From the NCBI RefSeq assembly GCF_009914755.1, contig NC_060937.1: a DNA stretch of 64,000 nt, one strand, 5' to 3'. The position numbers and the translations under genes were made by a program. The notes beneath the pieces are model-generated. The model made no database searches. It was given only the letters and a program-made list of their open reading frames with translations, and had not been told where the DNA came from. This DNA is from the human T2T-CHM13v2.0 reference genome, Homo sapiens. Below are positions 32,668-49,162 of this stretch, piece after piece; position 1 is the first letter of the stretch; every line of letters begins with the position of its first letter.

Positions 32668-33098
32668 TCATTCTTCTTTATCCTTTAAGTAATTTAAAAT
32701 CATACTGTAACTTGGCATGTTATGCTGATATTAAAAGAAATGAAACAGTTTTTGAGGAGAAATGTCAGTGTTTTGAGGCAGATTGTAACTATTGAAGATA
32801 TTGTGAGTGCTCCTCTGTGCCCAAAGGTGGACATGCATTGATTTTTAAACCCCACCAATTCAGAGTTCAGGACAGTTGACCCTTTGTCAGTCTAAAGTTT
32901 GTTTTAACAGAAGGCCGTGGGAAAAAGTTTGTTACACAAATAATGAAAATTTATAGGGGAAAGTTTACTCTATTTAAAAAAGACTTTTCCCAACACTTCA
33001 GCATCATTAGTAATTTTTTCCCATTAAAACAAACCTGGTAAGACCTTAATATGATAATCTCTCATCATTAAAAAAAAAAAAAACCCTTCCAGAAGGGG

Positions 33099-33412
<314 letters not shown>

Positions 33413-33759
33413 TAGCATGAATAGTAGCATACCCTAAATATGGTGTTGTGCTTGTTCTCTTCAGTTTAATACACTCCGAAGATGGTTTCATATTAGTACA
33501 TACAGATTGGCCTCATTCTTTTTATCGGCATATAAACAGAGGGTACCATTAAATAATCTGTAAAATTTTCCCTGTCAATAGACATCTAGGTTGTTCTGAA
33601 TATTTTGCTGGTCTAAATGACACCACACTGAAGATGGGTGATACCTGAAGTATAAAATCCTAGTAGGATCAGTGGTCAAAGGCTGTATTTGTTTTTAATA
33701 TACATAGATATTGCCATATTGCCCTCCATGGCTTACAACCTTATAACCGTTCATTCGTT

Positions 33760-34000
33760 TTATGAACTTGCATATAGTGCTTACTTTGTGCTAGAAACTA
33801 TATCAAATGTTTTACAAATATTAACTTGTTTAATCCCCAAAGCTACCTGTAGGGGAGAGGTATTATTATTATCACAGTTTTGCTGATGAGGAAACTGAGG
33901 CAGGAGAGATGAAGTAACTTGCCCAAGGTTCACCTCAAGTAGCAGAGCAGAGATTTGAACCGACACAATCTGGATCTGCTGTTGGCTCTTAATCACTGTG
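33760..34000. mobile_element. MIR
   Basis: GATGAGGAAACTGAGGCAGGAGAGATGAAGTAACTTGCCCAAGGT. Confidence 0.8.
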
Positions 34001-34081
34001 TTGAGGCTGTTTTTCCCAAACCGGAAACCTACAGTGATGGCAAATATTTTCACCTGTCCTAATCTGATCAGTGAGATGCCA

Positions 34082-34394
34082 GTTTTTCTTTCTTTTTTTT
34101 TTTTTTTTGAAACAGGGTCTCGTTCTGTCACTGTGGCTGAAGTGCAGTGTCGTGATCATGGTTCACTGCAGACTTGACCTCCCTGGGCTCAAGGGATCGT
34201 CCTACCTCAGCCTCCTAAGAAGCTGAGACTATAGGCGTGCACTACCACACCTGACTTAATTTTTTTGTATTTTTAGTAGAAATTGGGTTTTGCCATGTGT
34301 CCCAGGCTGATCTTGAACTTTTGGGCTCAGGCAATCTGCCTGCCTCGGCCTCCCAAAGTTCTGGGATTACAGGCATGTGCCACCACACCCGGTC
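34082..34394 (-). mobile_element. AluJ-like
   Basis: Antisense dimer; CCAGTTTTTCTT on both flanks. Confidence 0.9.
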
Positions 34395-34761
34395 CAGTTT
34401 TTCTTAATTGTCATTTTGCACTTTTCTTACTACTCGTTGTGGTTGAATACATTTTCAAACGTTGACAACTCGACAAGCCATTGGTATTTTCTTGACCATC
34501 CTTCTACTCCCTGTTCCTGTCCCTTGGCCAATTTTCTAGGAGGTTGCAAATATTTTTCTTATTGATTTATAGGACTTCCTTTATATATGGAGAATTCTTA
34601 ATTGATTTATAGGCGTTCCTTTGTATATGGAGAAAATCAGCCCTTTATAATATGTAATTCAAGTACTTTTTCCTAGTTTGCTTTTGGCTTTGCACTTTTT
34701 TAGTTTTTTTCCCTTATGGCATGTAGCATTTAGGTCATGCTTAGAGAGATCTGCAATTTGA

Positions 34762-35121
<360 letters not shown>

Positions 35122-35258
35122 TGATTCATTTAAAAAAGTCTACATTGACTCAAGTAATATTGGGATCTAATTTTATTTTTCTAATAATAATCAGTAGTAA
35201 TGATGCACAGCTATACACGAATAAAGAGCCTTCCAATAGATTAGATTTGGTGCCATGC

Positions 35259-35629
<371 letters not shown>

Positions 35630-36811
35630 TCATAAGCTTTGTGGCTCATGTATATACCATAACTAATTTTCCTTTATCGCTGAGTTTTGTTTCCTGTGGA
35701 GTCAATGGTTATCTTGCTTTTCCTTTGCTTCATTTTCCACATATGTATCTAATTAATTCTGAAACTCTCACCTGTTGTCTAAATCGACTTTTAGTCTCTT
35801 CAGATTAATCAGATCATTAGATATCCTGTTTCATCCTTGAGAGATCCTTGTCCAGAAGTCTTCAGACTGGGCCAGGTTTCTCACTGGCCTGGTCAGCGTC
35901 CTGGGGTCTCCCCTACTGTAATCTACTGGGGGGGTTCCCCTTGCCTCTATCACCTGATGTAGGATCTTTGTCCTGGACAGCTTCAGGGATCTCCCCATGA
36001 CCCTGATGATCCCCTTTGCTTCTCTTTCTTGAAATTTGTTTCCTGGAGCTTATCTTCTGATTTCTGTGTTTTTTTTCCCCCTTCATTCTGGTAGAGCCCT
36101 TCCCAAAGTGATTGGAGTGATAAATGCTTTGAGACCTTGTGGATTTGTTAGAAGATCAGAAAACAGGATCTTGAGCTGAGAGGCTGTTTAAGAAGTAGTT
36201 GAAATGTTCAGGTGTCCTGTACTTCCTGCTGTGGGCAGGGGGGATCAGCTCTCAACCCCCGCTGGACTCACCCAATGTGGTTTGCAGTGCAGTCTTTGTT
36301 TAACTCAATGTTGGTGTGTATATCATTATGACTGTGTGGACTTGTTCACTGCTGAGCCAGATAATGCCCTATGATAGTTTTCTTCAAAAACTGTTTTTTT
36401 TTGTTGTTAAGATAATTCATTTTTTAAAATTTGTTTGATTTTTCTACGTATCCATTGCTAATAACTTGAACCGACCTATCAGTTTTCTTTCAACTAATTT
36501 GTACTGATCTCTAAGCCATATATAGCCATTCAGTTCCCCCATCATCCTTTTTCCTGGTGCTTCACCTTCTGTAGCACCCCCATCCTTCAGCTTCTATCTG
36601 AATGGGTTGTACTCTAGGCGTAGTTCACAACCATCATTCAGGGGCTTTCCTTTACCCTTCTTCTTTCTTGGACACGCTCTTTTCTGGATTCCGTATCATC
36701 TCATTTCATGATTTACTGCATTGTTTTGGTAGAACACATACACCCGTAGCTTTCTCAGAAAGGTAAAGAAGCTACATTTCTTTTGAATCTTTAACATGTG
36801 AAAATATCTTT

Positions 36812-36935
36812 GCTGGATGCAGTGGTGCATGCTTGTAATTCCAGCTACTTGGAAGGCTGAGGTGGGAGGATTGCTTGAGGCCAGGAGTTCAAGACCAGCC
36901 TGGGAAACAGGGCAAGACCTTGTCTCGTCTCTTGA
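36812..36935 (+). mobile_element. FLAM-like Alu monomer
   Basis: Single-arm Alu. Confidence 0.8.
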
Positions 36936-37516
36936 AAGAACAACAACAAGAAACTTTAAGGCATGCTTAGATTTCCTTGATAATTTTACTACATACAGAG
37001 TTAAAAATGGAAACTACTATCCTTGAAATTTTGAAGACATTGCTCCGTTGTCTTCTAACATATTTTGGATATGATTTAATTTTTTCTTTTTCTCCCTGGA
37101 ACATTTTAGAATCTTAAGATTTTAAAGTGTCACAACTTCTGTCATGTACTTCGGTGTAGATCCTTTTAAAATTATGCTGGGTATTTTGCTTTCTCCATTT
37201 AGTCTGGAGACCATTGTCCATCAGTCTGAGATATTTCCTAAGTTTTCAAAAAAAAATTCTTCTAAAAAAACTTCATATTATTTGATTATTAGGGCTTTAG
37301 GAAGATTCTCTACTTTCCTACCTTTAAAATTTTCCATGTAGTTATGTTTTGCCTTACTTTCTATGAGATCTCTTCAAATTAATCTTTATAAACTAATATA
37401 GAAATAAAACTTTCAATTATCCATATTATCAATTTTGGGGAGCTATTGGCCTTTTTTCCATAGCAACTCTTCTTGTATTTTGGAAGAGATTCTTATTCTC
37501 TTGGGGAATAGTCTAG

Positions 37517-38172
<656 letters not shown>

Positions 38173-41100
38173 TAGAAGGTTTTTTTCCTCTTCTTTGTTT
38201 TGGATGTGACTTTCATTTTGCAGGCTTTTCTTGAATGCGTACTGATCTTTGGCTGATCCAAGGCACTTAAAATCAGGTTGGAATTTTTGTGCACATGGAT
38301 GGGGCTTGTCAATTGTTGATTTTTCTTTAAAATGATGAAGCAGCAACTGGTCATTTTTGTCAAAGGAAATCCTCAAATATCAGTATATGTGCTCATTGAG
38401 ATGGTCCTGAGAATAATTCTACCAGCCCTGCCTGGAATAAACCTGGATAAGCTATTCTGGAAGCAGGATGGAAGAAGGGGACTGTGGAGGTTTCCTGGTA
38501 CAGTAAGTAGACTGATTCTTCCTCAATTCCCAACACCTCGTGCCTCATTTTCAGCCCTGAATTACACACACCCTCTTCGTCATTGTGCCTGGCGTATGTG
38601 AGTTTCTAATTTTCCTGGTTCAATGTCCTTGGGTAATAAACTTCTTTGGGGTTTGGGTAGGTGGGAGAGGGTCCCTGGGTGCAAAGGTCTAGCCTCTTCG
38701 TATAGTGACTTACACCCTCTTGTTTCCCACGCCCTTCCCCCTCCCATTCAGCATGAGCCTCCTGGGCTTTGGACTATTTTGTTGGAATTCTCTGAGCATC
38801 ACTTATGATACAAATCATCACAGACCTCTCTCTTGCTTTCTGTCACCCAAAAGTCAGTAGAATGTTTTATCTGCTCTTGTTCCTGCTGCTATAGTCCTCT
38901 TAAAGTATATTTACTGGCATTTTTGTAGGATTTTTGGTGTTGATACAGGCATGTGGTTAATCTGCCATGTTCAACTGGAAGTCCATTTTATTTTACCAAG
39001 GTATAACATAACATGATTTAAAAATTTACTGTAATAGCAGTAATCATACCAGAGCTACATTGTTAAAAAATATGCAAAATTTTTATTTTCTAAGGGTGCA
39101 GATTCAGTCAGATATTCACAGATTAGTCTAATTTATATGATTTGCTTAAAATCCTCCTCCCCACCAATGAGGTAGCCTCTGAACTCGTCTGAGAGTGTGA
39201 ATGACATTTTTGAGTTGACCATTCAGACTTGTGCCCCTGAACGTATCTGCACACGCGCTCGGTCACATTTCTCTATCTCATTTTCTTCCCTATCACACAG
39301 AAAATCACATTCAGCCTGAGGTTTGGTTTTGTTTTGCATTAGGTCTCTGGCTGCAGGTGTTGTGGCGCTCTGGGGGTGTCTGCCTGCCTCCTGTCAGTGC
39401 AGCAGTTCTCTTCTGGATGGTAACAAAGAGAAGATGTCACCGATAATGCAGGGCCATGGAAATCCGGCCGTTCTTTATCTGTGCTCTGCTGTTTGTTGGG
39501 CGGGGTGGGGAAAAGTATGAGAATTCTAGTTCTGATTAGCCGTGAATGAGACTTTTCTCAGTGGGAGTCCTGCGGACACCAGGGTGTGGTGACTGATTTC
39601 ATTTCTGCTGCTCAGGGATGTCTCGGTGGCTGTCGGCCCAGAGTGCTTGGAAGGCAGGAGAAACTGGCAGGATCAGCAAGGCTCTGAAAATAGGGCGTCA
39701 TGGGGGTTGGCACGGGGGCTGGGGCTGGTCTCCGGCAGTGCCACTGAGCAGTTATGTGACCAGCTAGGTTTCTGGTCTCCTTGACCCCCTTGGAATTTCC
39801 TCATGACCTCACCTCCCCAGGGGTTGTAGCCAAAGAATGAAAATCACAGAGCTGCCTCTAGCATAGCACCCTTAAAATGCTTGGCTATGAAACGAACAGT
39901 TCCTTAACATTCAACAGACCGAAGCAGAGAAAAGTTACCTGTTAGCCCTTAACCTGCCCGCTTCCTGGTTTCTTTTAGACCTTGGGCAAGTGTTATAGTT
40001 TTCATATTTATTTTTTGGAAGTGGAGAAGCTGGAGAGAGAAGGAAGTGAGCTAATAACCAGCTTTTCAAGAGTGCTGACTTCTGCATTTCTTAGTACAGG
40101 ATTTTGCCAGGCCCTTGACATTCGTTTAAAGGAAGAAAGAATTCTTTCTCCTTGAACATCTGTGCAAATCAGTGGGGGTGGGAGTCTAGAGCCCAAGGAG
40201 AGTATGAGATAACTTTACACGTTTCTGAAAGCTAGGATGAGAGACAGCAGATCCACGTTATTGTACTGCACTGGCAACAACCCAGTAGCAAAGGCAGACC
40301 AATGAAATGTGCCAAAAAGATGCATTTGTAGTGTGGTATAATCACATTTTGAAAAATGTGCAGTAGATAAGTGGGGAAATACGCATTCTGGTTGCTTCAT
40401 AAATAATAGTAGTTAAGGATATCTATCAATCTCGTGTTTTTTAGCTCCAGCACTGGGTATGTAGAATAAAAAAGGCAAACCGAATCAGTTTGGCATAGAG
40501 CTCTTTTCAAATTCAGCATCATTTCAGTGCATTTCAGCTTTATACATAGCTCTCAGCCAGGAAATCTCAGGTTTAATTAGGTCATTTGTTCTTGAGAGTT
40601 CTGTCCTTGCAAAACAGGAGAGGAATTTTTATGGGCAGTTGGCACACAGAAAAAGTCAACAGCAAAATGTCCCTGTTTTCTTCAATTTTAGGTGGTACTT
40701 ATAAAAACTCCTTAGAAGGAATTTTGTGTATTTCAGGATATTAATCAATCTGGGTACAGTGTCTTCAGGTTTTGATTTTCATGTGCTCTAGGTTTTTGCC
40801 TCTCCTGGAGTCTTTGGAATCCTAGGGGTTTGTGACCTTGGAATGCAGGCCTGTGAGGCATTTTCAGGATTTCAGAAGGCCTAACCAGAAACTGGCAGTC
40901 ATGGGGAGAGGGAATGGAGCTGCCTCCATAAGTCCATGCAAATTAATGAAAACATCAAAGCATTGTTTGGTTTTGCCAGATTTTTCTCATGTTGCTCATG
41001 TTGATTCCGAAGGACTTATTGACCATTACGTGTGCCTTCAGTGAACAGAAAAAAGGTCAAGTCAGTTGTTGCTTAACTGCAGCCTGGCTGATGTGTTCTT

Positions 41101-42099
41101 TTGACCGGAAAGATAGGGGTTGGGGTGTGATGTGGTGGGACCTGGTCCAGACAGGATAAAGTGCCGGTAACCACGGTGCTAACTTTGAAAGCCAGCTGGC
41201 CCCACACTGCTCTTCACTTCCCCAGCAGTGTGCTGTGTAAGGTGGTGCAGTGCTGATGGGGGACTGTCCTCATCCCTGTTCTGAGCTGTTTCAGCAAAAG
41301 TCTGAGGGGTCGCTCCAGCGTTGTGACCTTAGAGCGTGGTGATGGGAAGGACTCAGCTCCCAAGGAATGTGTGCACTCCCTGCAGTCCTGCTTGCTTCTT
41401 CCTTCCAACTCCAGAATGTTTATTTCATACATTAATATGAAAAATACACAGAGAAAAGACTGGAAGGAAATCGGCCAAAATGCTAGCAGATTTTGTTTAC
41501 CCACTCTATGTTAGTAAACCAAATTGCCAAATTCGGCAACGCTTACTAGTGATCGCCTTTCTGCTTAATTTTGCAAATGATTGATTATGAACCTTATTCT
41601 GTCATTTTAAAAATGGAATAAGAACTATATATCTTAGTGCATATTTGGAATGTTTTCAAAAGGTTGGTGACTTGGAGCACTTGTTGACAAGGTTCACGAG
41701 CGTAGCTGAGTCCACTGTCTAGGAAGGGACATACATGAAGCATTGTAAAGAAACTCGAGTGAGCCTTGGGAGAAAAATCCTGGAGCCAGAGCTTAGAGTT
41801 TCTGCTTCGGAGTGCCTGAAAGTTTCATATTTCTTCTTTTGTGCAGATTCCAAATGTTTTTGGAAGGCTTGAAAGTGAATAAAATAGCCCTTTGACAGAA
41901 CTGACAAAAACGGACGGACTTAGGGGTAGGGCCCAGTAAGTCATTGTACACAAGCTTTGTGTTGTTAGCTTTGGCAAGGACAATTCTTAGAGAAAGCTCT
42001 ATGTGAAATGCCAGAATAAATGGCTCACTTTTATGGGGCACTTGAACTGTCTGCCTTGTCGACTATCAAGCTGCCATTTTCCCTGCTTGAATTACAATA

Positions 42100-42290
42100 A
42101 TCGATATGTTTATAGCACATACTGTATGTCAGGCACTGTTCTAAATATGTTAATTTTTGCTTCAAAACAACCCTGTGAGATACTACTATGTATGAGGAAA
42201 CTGAGGCACAGAGAGGTAAAGTAACATACCCAAGGTCACGCAGCTGTAACTGGTAGAACCATGACTTGAATCCTATCTCGCTCCTGGGTC
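42100..42290. mobile_element. MIR
   Basis: TGAGGAAACTGAGGCACAGAGAGGTAAAGTAAC..CCCAAGGTCAC. Confidence 0.8.
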
Positions 42291-42899
42291 TGTGCCCTCA
42301 ACCACGGCTCTGCTTTTGTCTGCAACCTGGCCATGGTGGTGGGTGGGTCGATGGGTGTGGTTCAAGGTCAAAATCATGTGGAAAGTTTTGCCGAAGTTCG
42401 CTCTGCCGCAGTTGCTTGCATAGCCGACTGCTAGGTAGCTTGGTTTGACTGACTTTTCACTAACTGACTTTTTATTGAGCTACCTGTTGGCCATTAAAAA
42501 ACAGGAAGTATGTGAGACATGGTTTCAGTCTTCAAGGAATTCACAGCCAAAGTTGATATATGAGATAGGCTCTTATGAAAATTTACATAATCTGTGTCAG
42601 TTCCTTGTAAGGAACTCATCAGCTGTGAGGAACTCAGCGTGGATCTGTTGGTGTTTGTCTTGGGAGAGGAATACATTGCCATTTTAAGGGAGAGGATGTT
42701 AACATCAGCCAAACAAAATCAAATCCAAACTTCAGCGTGGATATTCTTCTGTCAACTCCTCCCCTCCTTGGTTCTTAACTGATATCCTTTATTTGCTGTT
42801 TTGGTAACTCTTGAACCCCATCCTCTCCACTCCCTCCCGGTCTTGGTTCCATCATTTCTTCCTTTTCTGATATCTCTTTTTAGCTTTTTTGAAAAAAAA

Positions 42900-43460
42900 A
42901 AATTAATTATAGTACAAAACATAAAATGTACCCTTAACCATTTTTAAGTGTTCACTCATATTAGGTATATATATATTGATGTGTAACAGAGCTTTATAAC
43001 TTTTTCATTTAGCAAAACTCAAGCTCTGTACCCATTAAACAACAGCTCCCCACTCCCGCTCTTCCTAACCCCTGACAACCACCATTCGACTTTTTATGTA
43101 ATTTTGACAACTCTAGATACCTTATATTAGTGAAAAATCATACAGCGTATTGGTCATTTTGTGACTAGTTTATTTCACTTAGCAGTGTCGTCTTCAAGGT
43201 TCATTCTAGTTGTAGCATGTGATCCTTAAAAGGATCAGTTTAAATCTTTAAAAGGATTTCCTTCCCGTTAAGGCTTAATAGCATTCCATTGTGTGTGTGT
43301 ATCGCATTTTGTTTGTCCATTCATCCATCCATGGACACTTGGGTTGTTTACACCTCTTGGCTTTTGCAAATAATACTGCAGTGAACATGGGAGTGCACAT
43401 ACCTCTTTGAGATCCGGATTTCAATTCTTTTGGTTACATACTCAGGCATGGGATTGCAGG
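42900..43460 (-). mobile_element. L1MA/L1MB-type 3' fragment underlying the RNF113B 3' UTR
   Basis: CTCTGTACCCATTAAACAAC, TTATTTCACTTAGCA, GCAGTGAACATGGGAGTGCA, TTTCAATTCTTTTGG. Confidence 0.8.
43169..43174 (-). terminator. RNF113B: Candidate distal poly(A) signal AATAAA for spliced RNF113B
   Basis: TTTATT on +; first AATAAA I find downstream of exon 2, inside the L1. Confidence 0.55.
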
Positions 43461-43531
43461 AAGACTGTCATCTCTCTCATCTTACTCAACAGGCTGCTTC
43501 TCCCCAGTGTACATACAGACTTGAGTCTTTC

Positions 43532-43545
43532 TTATCTCTTTTTTC
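43532..43545 (-). CDS. RNF113B: RNF113B coding exon 2 (completes Gly, then KKR*)
   Basis: Acceptor TTTTTTTGTTCTTTTAG|GAAAAAAGAGATAA; splicing gives ...AAEGKKR*, 322 aa in total. Confidence 0.8.
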
Positions 43546-44614
<1,069 letters not shown>

Positions 44615-44629
44615 TCAGGCTCCCAACGG

Positions 44630-44695
44630 CCGTGGCGTGCGTCACCCTTGCGTCGCCCTTGCGTCGCTGCACGTGGGGCGTGGGCCCTCCCAGTT
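44630..44695 (-). promoter_or_regulatory. RNF113B: Proximal promoter / 5' leader of RNF113B
   Basis: CpG-rich; TGACGCA (44638-44644, minus); 11-bp repeat GCGTCRCCCTT; E-box CACGTG 44670-44675; GGGGCGTGG 44675-44683. Confidence 0.55.
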
Positions 44696-44732
44696 CTAAA
44701 AAGCAAAAGCAAGTGAAAGAAAAGCTTCTGCT

Positions 44733-45043
<311 letters not shown>

Positions 45044-45547
45044 GGCTTCTCCCGCCCTTCCCTCCCTTGACCTGCCTCCTGGCCCTCAGATGGATTCCTT
45101 GAGAGAGTCATCTTCACTTGCTCCTCAGCTCCCTCAGTGCACACTCATTTTTCAACAGATTCCTAAAAGGCCACGGGTGGAATCATTCCAGGCCATAGCG
45201 AACCGGTGGTGCTCATCCTAAAACACAGGCGCTTGAAATGCGTATTTAAAAGCAACACACGCGCAGTGCAGAAAACAAAAACAGATACAAGCAAAAAGTA
45301 AGACGCCTATAATCCCTCCCCTCAAAGATAACCACTGTCAACACTTTTGTGTCTATTCTTTTAATATAGCCTTTATTAAAAGACTGTCACATCACACTGC
45401 ACCTGTGGGTGTGTAGCTGGCTTTCATTTTGAAATAAAAGTAACACATGTAAACATTTAAAAAAATATTATCAAGCACTTATTGTAATGGAAATTGGCTG
45501 TCCCCTGCCTGGCCCCTCCACACGCCAATTCCTGGTACCTAAGATAA

Positions 45548-45859
<312 letters not shown>

Positions 45860-46422
45860 TTCAAATATTTTTAACCCTTTTTTTTCTTGAGTTTATCTTC
45901 AAGTTGTGAAATAATTCATTTATATAATGTAAATGGATTCTAGTTCTTATTTAGCCAGTGCATGTCATAAAGTGTTACATGCAATTTCTTTTTCTAATTT
46001 AGGTTCTATCTCTTTACTTACTAGAATGGAAGATGAGATTCAGCTCACTTGTAGTGCCCCCAAAACACTGGCTGCTGTGGGATGAGGGAGAAGTTGTGTG
46101 GGTCTCTCTTCCTAGACACCAAGGCATCCTCAGCTGTTGGAAATGTGATGAATAAGCTTACAGTGTAAAGAACAATTCATCATTTGTCAGTTTTCTCTTA
46201 GGATAGTAATTCTAGATTTTTCTTCAACTGTTATCATCCCATCTTTCATGTTGGAAGCTTTTCTAAAATACTTGGTTATCTCCAGCTGTTTATACTTCAG
46301 AGTGAGGTGCCTAAAAGCTGGCTGGAATCCATCGGTATTGTTGGGCTTGTACACTGGACTGTCCTTTGTGTGATTCAGTTGGAACCCATCTTTTTTCTTG
46401 GAGACCCCCAGATGTTGGTGTC

Positions 46423-46783
46423 CATATTAGTCCGTTTTCACGCTGCTGATAAAGACACACCTGAGACTGGGTAATTTACAAAAGAAAAAGGCTTAATGGA
46501 CTTACATTTCCATGTGGCTAGGGAGGTCTCACAATCCATGGTAGAAGGTGAAAGGCATGTCTCGCATGGCAGCAGACGAGAACAGAATGAGAACCAAGTG
46601 AAAGGGGTTTGCCCTTATAAAACCATCAGATCTCATGGGATTTATTCACTACCACAAGAACAGTATGGGGGAAACTGCCCCCATGATTCAGTTATCTCTG
46701 GTAAGTGGGTCTCTCCCACAACACAAGAGAATTTTGGGAGCTACCATTCAAGATTTGGGTGGGGACATAGCCAAACCATATCA
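46423..46783 (-). mobile_element. THE1 (THE1B-like) MaLR solo LTR
   Basis: Minus strand begins TGATATGGTTTGGCTATGTCCCCACCCAAATC; 5-bp TSD GTGTC at 46418-46422 and 46784-46788. Confidence 0.9.
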
Positions 46784-46945
46784 GTGTCCATAGGTCTTTT
46801 CTGCTGGGTTCTCGAGTTTCTACAGAGAAGACTTATCTCACATTCCGCTGTGGGGTGTGATCTTTGCTGCCAGAATTCTGTGATAAGAGCTGTAGAAGTG
46901 GGCTGGGAAGGGAAGGCCTTATAATTTGGGGTATAAACTTTGACT

Positions 46946-47270
<325 letters not shown>

Positions 47271-47441
47271 TCATTTTTAGTAAAGCATCTGATTCCCACC
47301 TTTGGTTGTTCCCGGGCCCTTTGAGCTTAGGCCCTCCTAGATTCAGCCTCCACAGAAGAGATATCTCCTGCTTCTGCCGGGCTAGGGAAAGGGTAGCCAG
47401 GCTAGGGAAAGGCTAGGGAAAGGCTGCATGGGGTGGGAGAT

Positions 47442-47837
47442 TGTGTTAGTTTTGCATTGCTATAAAGGAATGCCTGAGGCTAGGTAATTTATAAAGAAGA
47501 GAGGATTAATTGACTTGTAATTCTGTAGGCTGTACAAGCAGCATGGCGTTGGTATCTGCTTCTGGTGATGGCCCCAGTAAACTTCCAGTTGATCACAGTG
47601 GAAGGCAAAGGGGGAGCAGGCTGTGTCACATGGCAAGAGTGGGAGTGAGAGTGGGGAGGGGCCACGTACTTCTAAACAACCAGAACAAGATCCCTGGGTG
47701 AGCACCCAGGAAATGGTGCTAAACCACTCATGAGGCATCCACCCCCATGATCCAGTCACCTCCCACCAGGCCCTACCTCCCACACTAACCACATTTCAAC
47801 ATGAGATTTGGAGGGGACAGACATCCAAACCGTATCA
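47442..47837 (-). mobile_element. MST (MSTB-like) MaLR solo LTR
   Basis: GCATTGCTATAAAGGAAT..CTGAGGCT..GGTAATTTATAAAG...GGAGGGGACAGACATCCAAACCGTATCA. Confidence 0.85.
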
Positions 47838-48965
47838 GAAAATTTTCAGATTCTCAGCCAGTCTTCTTGTGTGGAGCCATATCTGTTTCCAGTGATACTT
47901 GATTCTTGCAGTTCCTGGGATTTGTCTTGAAATTGGCATGCTGCTGCTTGTCATCTCCCTCCACAGCCTTCAGTTTCAGCCTTCTTCCAAGTTAGTTGAG
48001 ATTTTTCAGCTCACTTTATTTCTTCTAAAATATTATTGATGTTCTTGTTTTCTCTGGTGTCTCTTTCTTCTGGCTCCTTTTGTGGGAATCTGCCTTTGTA
48101 AAGTAATGTTTATCATTTTAGTGGGATTTTGGGAGGGAATAGGGGTGAATGCCTGAGTGCCGTCTGCTGTGTTGAATGAGGAATGGTAGTGGGCTGTCTT
48201 CACTTGATAAGTATTTTCCCCTGTTCCTTAGTATTTCTCCATAATGTGCATTTTAATGCCTGCATAATGATCAATTGTATGAGTCTATGATGCCTTATTG
48301 TCCTAATACTCTGTTGTTAGATTATGTGTTTCCTCATTTATATACCTTTCCCTGTGTTTACATTTGTTTTCTTAGGGTTGATTCCTACAAACAGAATTAC
48401 AGAGTTTAAGCATTTTTAAGTCTTTTTTTTTTTAAGACAGAATTTTGCTCTTGTTGCTTTCTGAAAGAGTTGTATTGTATGTACATCCACCAGACATGCA
48501 TGAGTATGGCCGTTTCATTGCAGATAGCACTTCTCCCTGCTGGTTTAGGTCCACACATGCCTACTAAGTGAAGGAAAAAATTGGGATGAACCAAATGAAC
48601 TTCAGTAATTCTGTCAGCTCACATGTTAACGCAGCTTGGCTGTCTGAGGTTACATCCTGGCGCTGTGACCGACAGCAAATGACCTAACTGCCCTGGATTT
48701 CAGTTTTATCCCCTGCAAAGTGGGGTATAAGAGGAAGAATAATAAGTGAATAGACTTAAGTTTAGATTTTTGCCTGGCTGGCAGCGATGGAGAAGAGCAA
48801 AACCAATAAAGTCAGTTTCTTAGGTAGTAATGAAAAGATTGTTCTTTATTATTAAAAAGTGACTTGTTTGGGAAGAAGTGATACATTCTCATTATAAAAA
48901 AAATACAAAAAAGTAAAAAGAAGAAATGAAAAACCTCACCCTAAATCTTACCATTTAGAAATAAT

Positions 48966-49009
<44 letters not shown>

Positions 49010-49162
49010 TTTGAGAGAGAGAGAGAGAGAGTCTCACTGTTGCCCAGGGGTGTGTGGCGCAATCACAGTTCAGTGTAACCTCAAACTCCTAGGCTCAAGC
49101 GATCCTCCTGCCTTGGCCTCCCAAAGTGCTGGGATTATAGACATGAGCCACTGTGCCTGGCC
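48966..49162 (-). repeat. (TTTA)n + (GA)n compound microsatellite as the tail of an Alu monomer
   Basis: TTTA array 48966-49012; GA array 49013-49032; Alu monomer to 49162. Confidence 0.88.
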
